Notes: a model not told the origin generated them from the sequence alone. DNA of 64,000 nt from Hemiscyllium ocellatum (GCF_020745735.1 NC_083437.1:24552001-24616000); one strand, 5' to 3'. Positions 12,783-26,567 are shown, numbered from the stretch's first letter. Numbers and translations: made by a program.

Positions 12783-14259
12783 GTTGTGGTTCTGTTCGCC
12801 GAGCTGGGAATTGGTGTTGCAGACATTTCGTCCCCTGTCTAGGTGACATCCTCAGTGCTTGGGAGCCTCCTATGAAGTGCTTCTGTGATGTTTCCTCCGG
12901 CATTTATAGTGATTTGTAGCTGCCGCTTCCGGTTGTCAGTTCCAGTTGTCCGCTGCAGTGGCCGGTACATTGGGTCCATGTCGATGTGCTTATTGATTGA
13001 ATCTGTGGATGAGTGCCATGCCTCTAGGAATTCCCTGGCTGTTCTCTGTTTGGCTTGTCCTATAATAGTAGTGTTGTCCCAGTCGAACTCATGTTGTTTG
13101 TCATCTGAGTGTGTGGCTACTAAGGATAGCTGGTCATGTCGTTTCATACCATCACGTCTAGGAATGGGAGTTGGTTGTCCTTTTATTTCTCTCTAGTGAA
13201 TCGGATTCCTGTGAGTGTGGCATTGATGGTCCGGCGTGTGTTCTCTATTTCGGTGTTTTTAATGATTACAAAGGTATCATCTACATATCTGACCCAGAGT
13301 TTGGGTTGAATCCTAGATGTGATGGTACAGAGAACACCGAATGGAGAATTCACCACAAAGATATACAGGAAAGCCACACACACAGACCAAGTCCTAAACT
13401 ACGAAAGCAACCACCCCAACACACACAAAAGAAGTTGCATCAAGACACTGTTCAAAAGGGCCACAAAACACTGCAGTACACCAGAACTACAAAAAGAGGA
13501 AGAAGAACACCTATACAATGAATTTGCCAAAAACGGAAAACTGCGCAATTTCATCAACAGATGCCGAAGGGAAAGACAACAGAATGAGGACATGCCACAA
13601 CCCAAAGGATGAGCCACACTACCATACATCAAAAACATTTCTGAACTGACAGCCAGACTACTGCGACCACTAGGACTCATAACAGCACACAAACCAACAG
13701 CCACGCTAAGACAACAACTCACCAGGACGAAGGACCCGATACCCAGCATGAGCAAAACCAACGTAGTATACAAAATCCCATGCAAGGACTGCACAAAACA
13801 CTACATAGGACAAACAGGAAGACAGCTAACAATCCGCATCCATGAACACCAACTACCCACGAAACGACACAACCAGCTATCCCTAGTAGCCACACACTTT
13901 GACAAGCAACATAAGTTCGACTGGGACAACACTACTATTATAGGACAAGCCAAACAGAGAACAGCCAGGGAATTCCTAGAGGCATGGCACTCGTCCACAG
14001 ATTCAATCAATAAACACATCGACCTGGAACCCAATATACCGGCCACTGCAGCGGACAGCTGGAACTGACAACCGGAAGCGGCAGGTACAAACCACTATAA
14101 ATGCCGGAGGAAACATCACAGAGGAGCTTCACAGGAGGCTCCCAAGCACTGAGGATGTCACCTAGACATGGGATGAAATGTCTGCAACACAAATTCCCAG
14201 CCTGGCGAACAGAACCACAACAACAAGCACCCGAGCTACAAATCTTCTCCCAAACTTTG
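12783..14259 (+). mobile_element. Penelope-like element (family C), head-to-head inverted structure
   Basis: RT motifs WVRYVDDTF (minus arm) and YRKATHTDQVLNY (plus arm), GIY-YIG endonuclease NVVYKIPCKDC..YIGQTGR.L..RIHEH, inverted ~365-bp terminal copies, TSD GTTTG(C/T)ATTTT. Confidence 0.93.
14146..14185 (+). ncRNA. Hammerhead motif in PLE pLTR, partly decayed (mirror copy at 12819-12858 on -)
   Basis: GCA-CUGAGGA-U-GUCACCU...GGGAU-GAAA-U-GUC-UGC. Confidence 0.6.
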
Positions 14260-15201
14260 GTTTGTATTTTCCACTGATAAAAGCACAAAATTGTATTTGT
14301 GTGCTGCATCCTGCTTCCCATTCGCATTAAAAATGTTGAACGTGAAAATTCATTTTATTCATTTCCTAGTTTGTGAAACATTTAAGCGGAGTAAGTTGCA
14401 AATCTGCATTTGTGGTCCATCCCTGGTTGCCCTCAGTCACCTATGTTGCCTGGTTGTCAAGTCATCTGTAAACCAGACCCAAATAAGGGTGACATATTCT
14501 CCCTCAAAGGAAGCGAGTGAATCAATTGAATTGTTTATCCAGTGTCGACCACAGATTCCTGAATTTAGTAAATTACATTTCTTAATTTGCCGTGGTGAGA
14601 TTTGAACTCTCACCCCTAGGGTAGCTAGTCCTGTAGCTGAAAGATAATGACTAGAAGATAATATCATTGTTGATTTATTCTGTAGGAAAAAATCAATACC
14701 GGTATGTGTGCACAAGGGTTTGTGCTTTTTACAAACTCAGAGTCTTTTTCTAATGTTTGGCAGCAGGTCGGTCATCATTCACTACAGGATAATAACTATT
14801 GAATGTTGGTTTTCTTTTGTGTGTTGTGATTTCAGCTGGTGTAATGAGGAATTCCTCACCATGTGTTTATTTGGTATTACAATTCAAAGGATGGACAACT
14901 TTCATGGTATATTTACAGAGGGTAAGGATTTGCTTCCACAGAGGTGGGGGTAGGTGAGTTTGCACCCATTTTCCTTAATACATTGCTGACCATATTTCTG
15001 CTGGATTCTGATTACGTAAGCCATTTCTAGCATTTGAAAACCAGCGACCAATCTCCCCATTGAGCTTTTAATAGCAGCAGTATCTTTGAAATGTGTTAAC
15101 CCCAATTTTCTTCTGGTCAGATTACTCAGTATGTGTATGCTTCCAACAACACTGTAAAACCAATGCAATTTAGTCTCATCCTGTGGGTACTGCTATAATC
15201 A

Positions 15202-15303
15202 GTGTCAAGATGTGTGCTGCTGGAAAAGCACAGCAGGTCAGGCAACATCCGAGGAGCAGAGAGTCGACGTTTCCAGCATAAGCCCTTCATCAGGAATGAG
15301 GCA
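15202..15303 (-). mobile_element. Single-arm mini-PLE (family A)
   Basis: Reverse complement of the 26120-26220 pLTR. TSD CTATAATCA at 15193-15201 / 15304-15312. Confidence 0.8.
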
Positions 15304-15594
15304 CTATAATCACTCCTGCTGAGTTATTGACTAGCTTTGTAGTGATTGTATACATTTCATATACTTGATCTGCGATTGCTTGGTGTTGACATCAGTTGTT
15401 CCCAGTACTTGACATTTTTAAATTGAAGAATATGTTTAAAAAAAACTACTCAAACTTTACAAGGTAAGTGTTCAATTCTTTGAGACTGTTCCAGGGACAC
15501 TTGAGTGTCTTTACTTTGACCCCAACTCTGTGCGATATTTATTTCTGGGAAAAAAAGAATTGATTTCTTCAAAAGAGGCCATTCAGCACATCAT

Positions 15595-16335
15595 TCATAT
15601 AGAGTCATAGAGATGTACAGCATGGAAACAGACCCTTCGGTCCAACCCGTCCATGCTGACCAGATATTCCAACCCAGTCTAGTCCCACCTGCAGCACCCG
15701 GCCCATATGCCTCCAAACCTTTCCTATTCATATACCCATCCAAATGCCTCTTAAATGTTGCGATTGTACCAGCCTCCACCACATCCTCTGGCAGCTCATT
15801 CCATACACGTACCACCCTCTGCATGAAAAAGTTGCCCCTTAGGTCCCTTTTATATCTTTCTCCTCTCACCCTAAACCTATGCCCTCTAGTTCTGGATTCC
15901 CCAACCCCAGAGAAAAGACTTTGCCTGTTTACCCTATCCATGCACCTCAAAATTTTGTAAACCTCTATAAGGTCACCCCTCAGCCTCTGACATTCCGGGG
16001 AGAACAGCCCCAGCCTTTTCAGCCTCTCCCCATAGCTCAAATCCTCCAACCCTGGCAACATCCTTGTAAATCTTTTCTGAACCCTTTCAAGCTTCACAAC
16101 ATCTTTCCGATAGGAAGGAGACCAGAATTGCACACAATATTCCAACAGTGGCCCAACCAATGTCCTGTACAGCCGCAACATGACCTCCCAACTCCTGTAC
16201 TCAATACTCTGGCCAATAAAGGAAAGCATACCAAACACCTTCTTCACTATCCTATCTACCTGTGACTGCACTTTCAAGGAGCTATGAACCTGCATTCCAA
16301 GGTCTCTTTGTTCAGCAATACTCCCTAGGACCTTA
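15595..16335 (-). mobile_element. CR1 LINE 3' fragment, same subfamily as 56551-60314
   Basis: ORF 15591-16295 (LYRTLVGPLLEYCVQFWSP...RVVRVWNELPE) is nearly identical to 59538-60227. Tail reads ATAGAGTCATAGAG. Confidence 0.93.
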
Positions 16336-19300
16336 TCATATGCCAGAACACAAATAAAATAAAGAAATCAAAAGGAGCCTGTTTACCCAGAGAGTGGTGA
16401 GAATAAGGACCTCACCACCACAGGATATAGTTGGGGCAATTAGCATTGATCCCATTAAGGGAAGCTAGATAAATGTAAGCAAGAGAAGGGAAAAGATCAT
16501 ACTGATAAGGTTAGATGAACAAAGGTGGATGGTGACTCATAGAGCATAAGCAGCAGCTCAGACTAATTGAATCAAATGCTCCATTCCTGCGAGTATCCGT
16601 GGAACTGGAAAATGGCAAATTGTAGCTCCAAATTTACTGGGACTCTAATACTGGTTGTTACACCTCGATCATGTTTGATGTACCCTCCAGGTCTGATACC
16701 ACCAAATGTTACCAGGCTGATGGGAAAATTGCCTCACTCGGATGCAACAGTAATCTCTCTATGCCAGTGGACACTTAATCATTTACCGAGCCCCCAAGCT
16801 GAGTAAAGTAGAGAGATTATCTGAGTCTTATTTTCCTTCTCTGATACAAGTAAAGGGGGCACTCCATGAGATCTTCCTCAATCACATTATTTCCTTGTTG
16901 TATCCTTGCTAATTTGTATGACCTACCTGTGCCCAAACGTGATTTATTGGCATAACTTGATTTCTGCTATTTCCCCAGGATTTGGCTAGTCTCTCACTGG
17001 AGTCACGGTCAATAATTCTTCAAATATTGCTGATCCTTAAATTGGTTTTCAGTTTTTAGTCTACATTCAACATCAATTGTTTGGGCACTGGTTCCAATTC
17101 TGGGTGGTGAAAGCAGGAAATGTCTCTCGATGTACTGTCATGTGGCATGTATTAGTGAAAACAACACAAATTTATTTAACATTCATTTAGCTATGTTTTG
17201 GATATTCCGTTTTCTTATTTGTAATTACAATGCTAAAATGTGACTTACAATCAGGGTCTTTTGCAAATCGAAGAGGGTTTGGAAGTTTGTGTTACTCTGC
17301 ATTCAAATATATCTTCAGACAGATAGTGAAGAGAATTAATTAGTAAGGATCAAAGAATGCTGAGATTTGAAAAAAAAATCCCCCCAGTCTCTAGCTTAAA
17401 GGTAAAAAGTTATGGGTATAGCTAAAATGCATTTACACAGAAATGCAGAGCTGAATGTGCCTGAGCACTGAGACTGCATTGATTAAAGTGGCTGTTGAAA
17501 TCATTTATGACTGTTATTCATGCTGCATCTCACCAGTTTCACTGTGATGCTCAACACAGTGGATCACTCCAAATTTCTCCTCCATCTTCATAGTGCTGCC
17601 CTCTCCTAGATCCACCTATCCCAATTAAACCTGCACAGATCTTGCTACAACTTTTCCCCTGCTCCTACTCAATCACCTATTCAGTGCCTTAATTTTTCAT
17701 CTCTGTCTTTTTTTTGTACATTCACAGAACATAAGTGTTGCTGTATTGGCCGTCACTAATTGCCTTTAAGAGACATGCTTATGGCATCATTACTGTAGCA
17801 TAGCATGTGTCCTTGGGGTACAAAGATCACATTCTGCATCTTACCTCGGATCATTTGAAGCATGACATTCTACTGGAAGCATGGTGCTTTGTTGTAACCT
17901 AATAATTTAATGTTATCTGCCTGATGAATGTAATATTCGTAGAACACAGTTGGTTGCAATAACCATCTGTTGGCTTCTTCAAGACCATGATATCCACTCC
18001 CACTTTTTTTTGCGGGAGATAATATAAACATTGCCACATCAGGTAAAACACTCTCATCTGTAATGACTTGCGTGTTTAAGTTGACACTGTCCAAATCTGA
18101 CATCTCATTTAACTCCATGACCATAGGATTACATTGTGCAAAGGAACAGGCAATTCAGCCCAACAAGCTCTCACTAATATTTATTTTCTACTCGAACATA
18201 ACCTTATTGTTCCTCACCTAAATCTGCCATGATAACAGTCTGTTCCCTCCTCTCCTGGATCATTTGAATCAATCTGTTTAGACTACACCTCTGGAGTAAG
18301 TAGTTCTTACCAGATCTTCTGGTTCAGAGATATGGACATTACCATTGCACCACAAGGCCCTTCCCTCCTTGCATATGTTTGTCTCATTACCGCTTAAATG
18401 CTTCACCCACTCTCTCTGTGGGAATGAGTTCCACATTCTTATTGTTCTTTGGGCAAAGTCATTTCCTTTGAATAATTCTATTCTTGGTGACTACCTAATT
18501 ATCATTCTCACAAGTGGAAATGCTTTTTGTATAGCACATTATCAAAAAGATTAGCGCAAAGTTATTTCTTAAGTCATCCCTCTGTTTATTTTTGCAAGAG
18601 ACGAGGCTCTAGCCTGCCAATCGTTTACTGATGTACACCACAAACTTCTGGCATAATTCTTGCAAATCTCCTCTTCACCCTCTCCATTGGTTCTAAATAC
18701 TTTCAATTAAAGTGGTAAGCAGGATTTCCGTAATACCCTCCTGTGGTTTAACTGAGATGAGAAATCCATGCTTGCTGTCTAATAGCAAATTCCCATTGAA
18801 GCACATTGTTTCCCAACTAAACACTGCAGCTCAGGTGACCAGCAAGTCAATGATTGTACATGTTTGGTGCATTTGTAACAAAGGGGCTTCACTTGCAGTG
18901 AGATGGTTTCACAGATGAGGCAAGCAATGTTACTCAGGTCAAAGATACAGATAGTATGTTGGTAATACACCAATCATAGAAATTCCGTACTATTACGTAC
19001 TTCACTGTTAAATATGAATATCATGTCATTAATTCTAACTACCATTTTTTAAACTATGTTGTTCGGGGATTCGATGCATATTGTGGAATAAATATCAACC
19101 ATTTTAGTCTAAATAGTATGTCTTCATAAATCCAATGCAATGAAATACAGTGCAAACACTACAGTATAAATGCTTTGCCATAATCCAATAATGTATTTCT
19201 ACATATGTCCATTCCTCAAGACAAACCAGTCTCCTGTGTTGTTCATCTGTTTTGAGGGTATAATGTTCACTTAATAATCCCATAACCTCTCAACAGCAAA

Positions 19301-19354
19301 TCTGAAATTGAAGTGCCATTGAATTTTACAGGGAGTAAAGTTCCACCAAGCGAA

Positions 19355-19567
19355 ATTGCATATTCGTGTATGGAATAAACTTCCTGAGGAAGTGGTGGAT
19401 TGGGTACAATTACAATGTTTAAAAGACACTTGGGTATATACATGAATAGGAAAGGTGTGGAGGGATGTGGGCCAGGAGCAGGCAGGTGGAACTAGTTTAG
19501 TTTGGGATTTTGGTCAGCATGGACTGTTTGGACCAAAGGGTCTGGTTCCATGCTCCCTGATTCTATG
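19355..19567 (+). mobile_element. CR1 LINE 3' fragment
   Basis: Matches the CR1 3' end (GTATGGAAT...CATGAATAGGAAAGG...GGACCAAAGGGTCTG). Confidence 0.8.
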
Positions 19568-20604
19568 TAGCTACTGTTACATCTGACACTTAGAGGGTAT
19601 TTAAAGAAAATATGTGAATTTGCAGTAAGCATCATGCATGGACAATTGCTATTAATTATAGGCCCCAAACTTACTTTGACTGAACCTATCAGGGGATTAG
19701 TGGAATCTCTAACACTTTGAAATGATTTGTTTGCAACCCCCAAAAACATAACCCTTTATATTGTCATGACTTATTGTTAATAATGTTCCCTTGAACTATT
19801 TTCTTTAAGGACATGAGAAATATCCGGGTTTTGGCAAAGAGTACAGTTGGAGCTCCAGAAAGGGGTTAGTCATGGGTTTTGTATTTCTTGCATAGCTGCA
19901 TTGATTCTTCTTCTCTTTCCCTTATTCTTCCACGAGCAGTAAGCATCACTGACAAGGCAAGCATCTGTTGTCAATCTTTAAATGATTGACTTGGTCGTGT
20001 GGGTCTAGAGTCATGTGTAGGTCAGATCAAAGCTACTAAGAGTTTGGATGCTCTCCAATGAGCATAACACTTTTTTTCAACTATCTGGACATGTTCAATG
20101 CTTGCTAACCATTTGGCCAATGTGTGAGATCCTTCAATTCCAAGAGAAACGTCAGAGTCCCCAGAAGCTTTAGCTGCATCTCTCTCATTTCATATAGGTG
20201 CTCTAAGTTGTGACCCTTACTGATGCTGCTTCAGTCCAGGTTTGCTTTAGTGGTTATTTCCTGAGGATGTGGATCCAAAATGTTAATCAATTCTAAAACC
20301 CAAAGTTAAAAGCTAGTGGACTGCGAGATTGTCCTAAACCTTTGAAAGAGATCGGAGTGTGGTTTTGTTTGACTATCAACTTTCCTGACTAGTTAGGGAC
20401 AAGGGATAGTTTTATACCTGATCATTGTTACCTCTTTGTCTTGCCTAAGTCTGCCCTAATGGCTGTAATAATGGGAGGTAACAGAAAATAAAACTATGCA
20501 GTTTACTCGCACCATGTAATGATCTTTGGGACTTATCCTCAGTCCAGAGGACAGATGGGAACTGGTTATTGGCTTACAGACTCTGGACCCAGTTTCTTGT
20601 ACTG

Positions 20605-21055
20605 AAATAAGAACAGAAGAAATAGGAGCAGGAGTTGGCCATCTGGCCCCTCAAGCCTGCTCCGCCATTCAATAATAACATGGCTGATCTTTTTGTGGAC
20701 TCGGCTCCACTTGCCTGCCTGCTCACCATAACCCTTAATTTCTTTACTGTTCTATCTACCCTTGTCTTAAAAACATTCTATGAGGGAGCCTCAACTGCAT
20801 CACACAATTCCACAGATTCACAACCTTTTGGGTGAAGAGGTTCCTCCTCCACTCAATCCTAAGTCTGCTCCCCCTTACTTTGAGGCTATGTCCCCCAGTT
20901 CTAGTTTCACCTGCCAATGGAAACAACCTCCCTGCTTTTACCTTATCTATTCCCTTCACCATTGTATATGTTCCTGTAAGATTCCCCCCTCATTGTTCTA
21001 TATTCGAATGAGTATAGTCCAAGTTTACTCTATCTCCTCGTAAACCAACCCTCTC
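20605..21055 (-). mobile_element. CR1 LINE 3' fragment, different subfamily
   Basis: Reverse ORF KGIDKVKAGRLFPLAGETRTGGHSLKVRG...FTQKVVNLWN. The tail side reads AAGAACAGAAGAAATAGGAGCAGGAG. Confidence 0.85.
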
Positions 21056-21173
21056 TCACTTAGCAGTTTGTCACATTGAAAACTGTGATTCAAAATGCAG
21101 AGACTGGAGCATTGCATGTGCAGCATATTAAAAAAGTGACCATGTGGAAACCCAATAAAATAAGCAGTTTTCC

Positions 21174-21510
21174 AATAGACAAAGTCTTTTCCCTGGGGTC
21201 AGGGAGTCCAGAACTAAAGGGCATAGGTTTAGGGTGAGAGGGGAAAGATTTAAAAGAGACCTCGGGGCAACTTTTTCATGCAGAGGGTGGTACATGTATG
21301 GAATGAGCTGCCAGAGGATGTGGTGGAGGCTGGACCAATTGCAACATTTAAAAGGCATCTGGATGGGTATATGAATAGGAAGGGTTTGGAGGGATATGGG
21401 CTGGATGCTGGCAGGTGGGACTAGATTGAGTTGGGATATCTTGTCAGCATGGACGAGTTGGACCAAAGGGTCTGTTTCCATGTTGTCCATCTCTATAGCT
21501 TGATGACTAT
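21174..21510 (+). mobile_element. CR1 LINE 3' fragment, same subfamily
   Basis: AATAGACAAAGTCTTTTCCCTGGG...GGGTCTGTTTCCATG matches 59976-60300. Confidence 0.9.
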
Positions 21511-23424
21511 GGCAACTTTAGCCTTAACTTTGTCAGTACTGGAGTGCCAGCCTAGATTGCTGTGTTCAAATCACTATAGTGGTCTCAGATTCAGTAAGAG
21601 TGCCTACTGAGCCAGGCCTGACAGAAGGGGAAGACGCTGTCAAAGTCCTCAGCCATGTCTGGAGCTGCATTCTATCTGTTCAAGTAATTTGTAAAGAATG
21701 CAAGTTAAACATCTCCTGGGAGGAACCAATCATCAGTCCAACCTTTCCTGAGCAATCACAAACTACACTTATAGAACGTGACCCTAACAGAGTTCATCAT
21801 TTATTTAGAACACTTTAAAATGGCTGAATGGCAATTCACAGAAATGCTAAGTGCTGTCAGAAGGTGCAGATAATACATTTTCCAGCCTAGACCTTGTGGT
21901 TTTACTGAGGCAACGTGTAACTTCAGAAACATTTTTAAAATTAACAAGAAAAAATTCCCTTCAAACTGTAATCCCTGTTACTCCTGTGTAAGAGAAGACA
22001 ACCTTCAAATTTGAAACTCCATTTTGAATCAAAGTCAGAATTTATTTCCACAGTCATGGGCACACCCACTGAGGAAACAAACACATTCAGCCAGCATTGC
22101 GTTATTACAAAAGAACAATAAAGCATGGTTCCATCTATGAGAAAATGATAAAATCCAAGCAGAATGAGGAATGATGACCAATGGATATTCACATTCAGAA
22201 GATGCTAATTGATTTATGTTGTCTCTAAATATCCATGAGTAGACCTCATGCAAATTTAGGGATACCAAACTTCAAATAAGGATGTGGTTCACATTGGCAA
22301 ACCAAACAAGCCCTGAATCATGTTTATTGCTCATCTCTCCAACGCACCAAGGTCTCTGTTCCTAATATGGCCTCACTAACAAGCCACACAAGTTTAGAGC
22401 AATCACTAATGAATGTCTTTGAGATATGCCCCAATGTTTGGTTAACCATCTTAGTTAACTGTAGAACAATCCAGTGGCAATAACATGCTTGCAATCTGGA
22501 GATAAACATATGGAAACACTTAATACAATGCAAAAGAATTATGATTAAAAAAAAACGCAACTAGCATTCTCCTTCATCCAAATCTGTCTGAAGTTCATCC
22601 AATTTTCCATCCAAAATAAATAAACGTGCCGCCAATTTACAAAATCTAGCACTACCTTCAGTCATCCCCAGACATGCAGTGTTCCTTTTGACTGTACTTC
22701 ATTTTTATTAATCTTTCTAAAACAAAATCTTTACTATCAGAAAAAAGGGTTACTCTATAAGAAACTTCATCAGGAGAAAGGCAACTGAGCTTTATTAACT
22801 AATAGCAGGAAAGCAAGTACATCATAAATTCATGTTCACCCCCAGAAATGATTCAGACTTGGTAGAAATTAGCTTATCGTCGATATGGAACCAGAAATTA
22901 GCCAGAAATTTGATCCTCAAACAATTTTTAGTAGCTCAGCTGGAATGGGTGCTTTTTAAAAGTATAATTAAAATTATCCGTGAGTGGTCAGATTGAACCA
23001 TTTTGCAACAGAAAATCATCAGTTAGCATTGATGCATGAAATGAATGTAATCACTTCTTATGAACCCAAAAAACATAAGATTCTGATTCGCATTCTCACT
23101 TTTTAGCAAATACTGATTATATGGCAGCAGAGCTAACAGCAGTCCTGCTTAACCAGCATGCCATCCATCGCCTTCAATATTCACTCCCTTTGCCACCGAC
23201 ACAGGGTGGTAGCAGTGTGCACCAAGAGCAAGATAGAGTGCAGTGACTCACCAAGGCTCCCTCAACCTGTTAACTCTTTCACCTTGAAGGCAAATGGAAG
23301 CTGATCAATGGGAACACCACCACCTCCAACCTTCCCCCAAGTCACAACCATCTTATATTATTAAGATAAATCCTCACATTTATCTTAATTAAACGCATTC
23401 TGTCACTCCTCTACCCATTGATCC

Positions 23425-23912
23425 AATCTGATCAAGATGCTGTTGTACTCTGAGGTAACCTTCTTCGCTGTTGACTACACCTCCAATTTTGGTCATCTGC
23501 AAACTTACTCACTATACCTATGTTCACATCCAAACCATTTATATAAATGACGAAAAGTAGTGGACCCAGCACCAATCCTTGTGGCACTCCACTGGTCACA
23601 GGCCTCCAGTCTGAAATACAACACTACACCACCACCCTCTGTCTAATACTATCGAGCCAGTTCTGGATCCAAATGGCTAGTTCTCCCCTGTATTCTGAGA
23701 TGTAACCTTGCTAACCAGTGTCCCATGGGGAACCTTGTCAAAAGCCTTACTGAAGTCCATATCGATCATGTCCACCACTCTGCCCTGATCAATCCTCTTT
23801 GTTACTTCTTCATAAAACTCAAGTTTGTGAGACATGATTTCCCATGCACAAAGCCATGTTGACTATCCTAATCAGTACTTGTCTTTCCAAATATGTGTAA
23901 ATCCTGTCCCTC
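23425..23912 (-). mobile_element. CR1 LINE RT-domain fragment
   Basis: Reverse strand parallels 58980-59480 (DFSKAFDKVPHG, GVPQG, SKFADD region). Confidence 0.85.
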
Positions 23913-23914
23913 CC

Positions 23915-24098
23915 AAAGGAGCATAAGGCTGCTGTTTCATTTAGAGAGATGACTGGTGGTGAGATTAACCTGACGGTCACAACATCACAGGCAAGGGTCA
24001 AAGCTGAGAAGGTAGGATCTTCAATAGTGACCACAGGCGTTCTTAGTGTTTCGCTGCACTGTGAACCAGCCATTTTGCCAACTGAGTTAGCCAACCCC
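23915..24098 (-). mobile_element. Same Meta-SINE-like family
   Basis: GACTGGTGGTGAGATTAACCTGACGGTCACAACATCACAGG. Confidence 0.55.
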
Positions 24099-24412
24099 AC
24101 TGAGGAAGGACTGTACTGACAGAGGCACTCTTTCAGAATGAGGTATTAAACTGAATCTCCTCCTACAATTGCAGGTGAAAAATAAGAGATACTATTTTGG
24201 AGAAGATCATAAGAGTTACCCCAGTGTTCCGAGGAATAGTTATTCCTCAGTATAAATCAAGAAAAATCAGATTTTCTGGTCATTAGCAAATTGTTGTTTG
24301 TGGAATCTTACTGTGTGCTAATGGGTCTGCATTTCGCACATTACAGCATTTTAAAAATATTCGATTGACTGTACAGCACTAAGGAAGTACTGAGGTTGTG
24401 AAAGTCTTTCTT
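24098..24412 (+). mobile_element. DeuSINE (SacSINE1/AmnSINE1-like) relic
   Basis: Resembles the recalled Deu-domain consensus (CTTTCAGAATGAG..TTAAACTGA...CAGATT.TCTGGTCATT...GTTTGTGG). Heavily diverged. Confidence 0.6.
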
Positions 24413-24771
24413 ATTTTATCATCACATTCAGAACCACAGTTCCTCATCTTATTAAACGTCAGCAGTTTAATCTGATTGCAGCCTGAGTGAAAGTAATGAT
24501 AGTCTTGTTAAGTTTCAATAAATAAGCCTGCCTCTAACATCTGCCCTGATGAATAGATAGGAAGCATATGTGGTTAGTGTGGTTAATGTCACAGTAAGAG
24601 CATCAGTGGTGAGATGTGTCATTGTTTCCCTTACTTCTGAAAACTTCTCCAGGGTGTAAAGTTTTTTTATTTAGAACCAACTTACAAGCCAAATGACAAA
24701 AATACTCAGTAAGTCAGTTGAACAGATTTGGAAGGTCTTTCCTCTGATTGATGGTCTTCCCTAATCTTATT

Positions 24772-26250
24772 CATCAACTTCACTAACACCTTCTGCCCTG
24801 ACCTTAAGTTCACCTGGAAATCTCAGATACCTCCTTCCACTTCTGGACCTCTCCGTCTATACGTGGAACAGTCCATTTTCCGCAGTTGCACTGACATCGT
24901 TCCCCATCTTTTCCTCCACTACGTTAATGACAGTATTGGCACCACTGTGTGCTCCCATGAAGAGGTTGAACAGTTTATCAACTTCACTAAGACCTTCCAT
25001 TCTGACCTTCAGTTCACCTGGAACATCTCAAATACCTCCTTCTCCTTCCTGGACCCCTCTGTCTCCATCTCTGGTGATTGACTCAACATGGACATCTATT
25101 TCAAACACACCGACTCCCCCAGCTACCTGGACTAAATCTCCTCAAACCTTCCCTCCTTTTTAAAAAACATGATCCCTTACTCCCAATTCCTCTGCCTCTA
25201 CCATATCTGCTCCCAGGAGGAGCAGTTCCACTCCGGGACATCCCAGGTGGCCTCCTATTTCAACGACTGAAAATTCACCCCCCACCCACCAACATGGTCA
25301 ACAATGCCCTCCAGTGCATTTCCTCACTTCCTGCACCTCTGACCTAGAACCCTGGTCCTCACCTTCCACCCCAACAATCTCTGACTACAGCACATTATCC
25401 TCCACCATTTCCGCCACCTATAATCAGACCCCACCACCAATGAGATATTTCCCTCCCCACCACTATCAGATACAATTCCCTCCATGACTCCTTCGTTACG
25501 TCCACTACCCCCACCAATTCACCTTCCACTCCCGGCACCTTCCCTTGTTACTGAAAGAGGTACAAAGTCTGTGCCCACACCTTCCCCACACCTCCATCCA
25601 AGGCCCCAAAGGATCTTTACATGTCTGGCAGATTTTCCTGGACAACCAAACACTACATCTAATGTGTCTGTTGCTCTTGATGTGCTCTCCTCTACATTGG
25701 GGAGGCAGGACGCCAACTTGCAGAATGTTTTTGGCACACATGCAGCAAACAACCCTACCTGCCCTGTGGCCGACCACGTCAACTCCTTTCCATTCTGCCA
25801 AGTACATGCAAGTCCTGGGCCTCCTCCACCGCCAAATCCAAGTCACCTCATCTTCCATCTGGGAATCCTCCAACCACATGGCATCAATATTGATTCACCA
25901 GTTTCCTTATCTCCCCTCCCCCACCTCATCCTAGATCCAACCCTCCAACTTGGCACTGCCCTCTTTAACTGTCCTACCTGTCCATCTTCCTTCTCACTTT
26001 TCCACTCCACCCTCCCCTCCGAACTATCATTATCAGCCCCCACCCCATTTGCATCTACCTATCGCCTTGCCCCATCGTCCACCCTCCTATTTATCTCTCA
26101 GCCCCCTTTCCAACCCCCACATCCCTGATGAAGGGCTTATGTCCAAAACGTCAACTCTCCTGCTCCTCAGATGCTGCCTGACCAGCTGTGCTTTTCCACC
26201 ACCACATGTTTCAACTTTGATCTCCAGCATCTGCAGTCCTCACTTTCTCA
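24772..26250 (+). mobile_element. Decayed Penelope-like element (family A, Neptune-like)
   Basis: RT remnant FLHYVNDSIG...FINFTKTFHSDLQFTW...FLD, frameshifted EN region, and a 3' pseudo-LTR (pLTR) with hammerhead-like CTGATGAAGGGCTTATGTCC ending GCAGTCCTCACTTTCTC. Confidence 0.85.
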
Positions 26251-26567
26251 GATACAATGCAATAAGAACATAAAGTGTTGGAGAAACTTGGCAGATCTGG
26301 CAGCATCTATTGGGAGAAGAACATAGTTAATGTTTTGAGTCCGGTTTGATTCTTCTCCAGCTGTAATGCATTTGTTTGCGATCCCCCTGAGCTTGGTAAG
26401 GTGGAAAAGAGGAATTTTTCTGCTCTTTTTCAGTGCCCATTAGTCCATACCACCAAGTGTGCAAATGTCTGTTTTGGCTGAAGATACTGATCCGATGTTC
26501 TAGTTTAAGAATTACTCCTATAATGAAGTTAAGGAGAGTAGCTGCCAAGGATAGATCTGTCATCTAT

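Noticed and set aside
15421-15470. Strong donor AAG/GTAAGT as the end of ACAP3 exon 2
   Set aside because: The upstream sequence does not encode the expected EAKLDK-like peptide.
21620-22620. Possible decayed ORF or processed pseudogene
   Set aside because: Only short ORFs on both strands and no recognisable protein motif.
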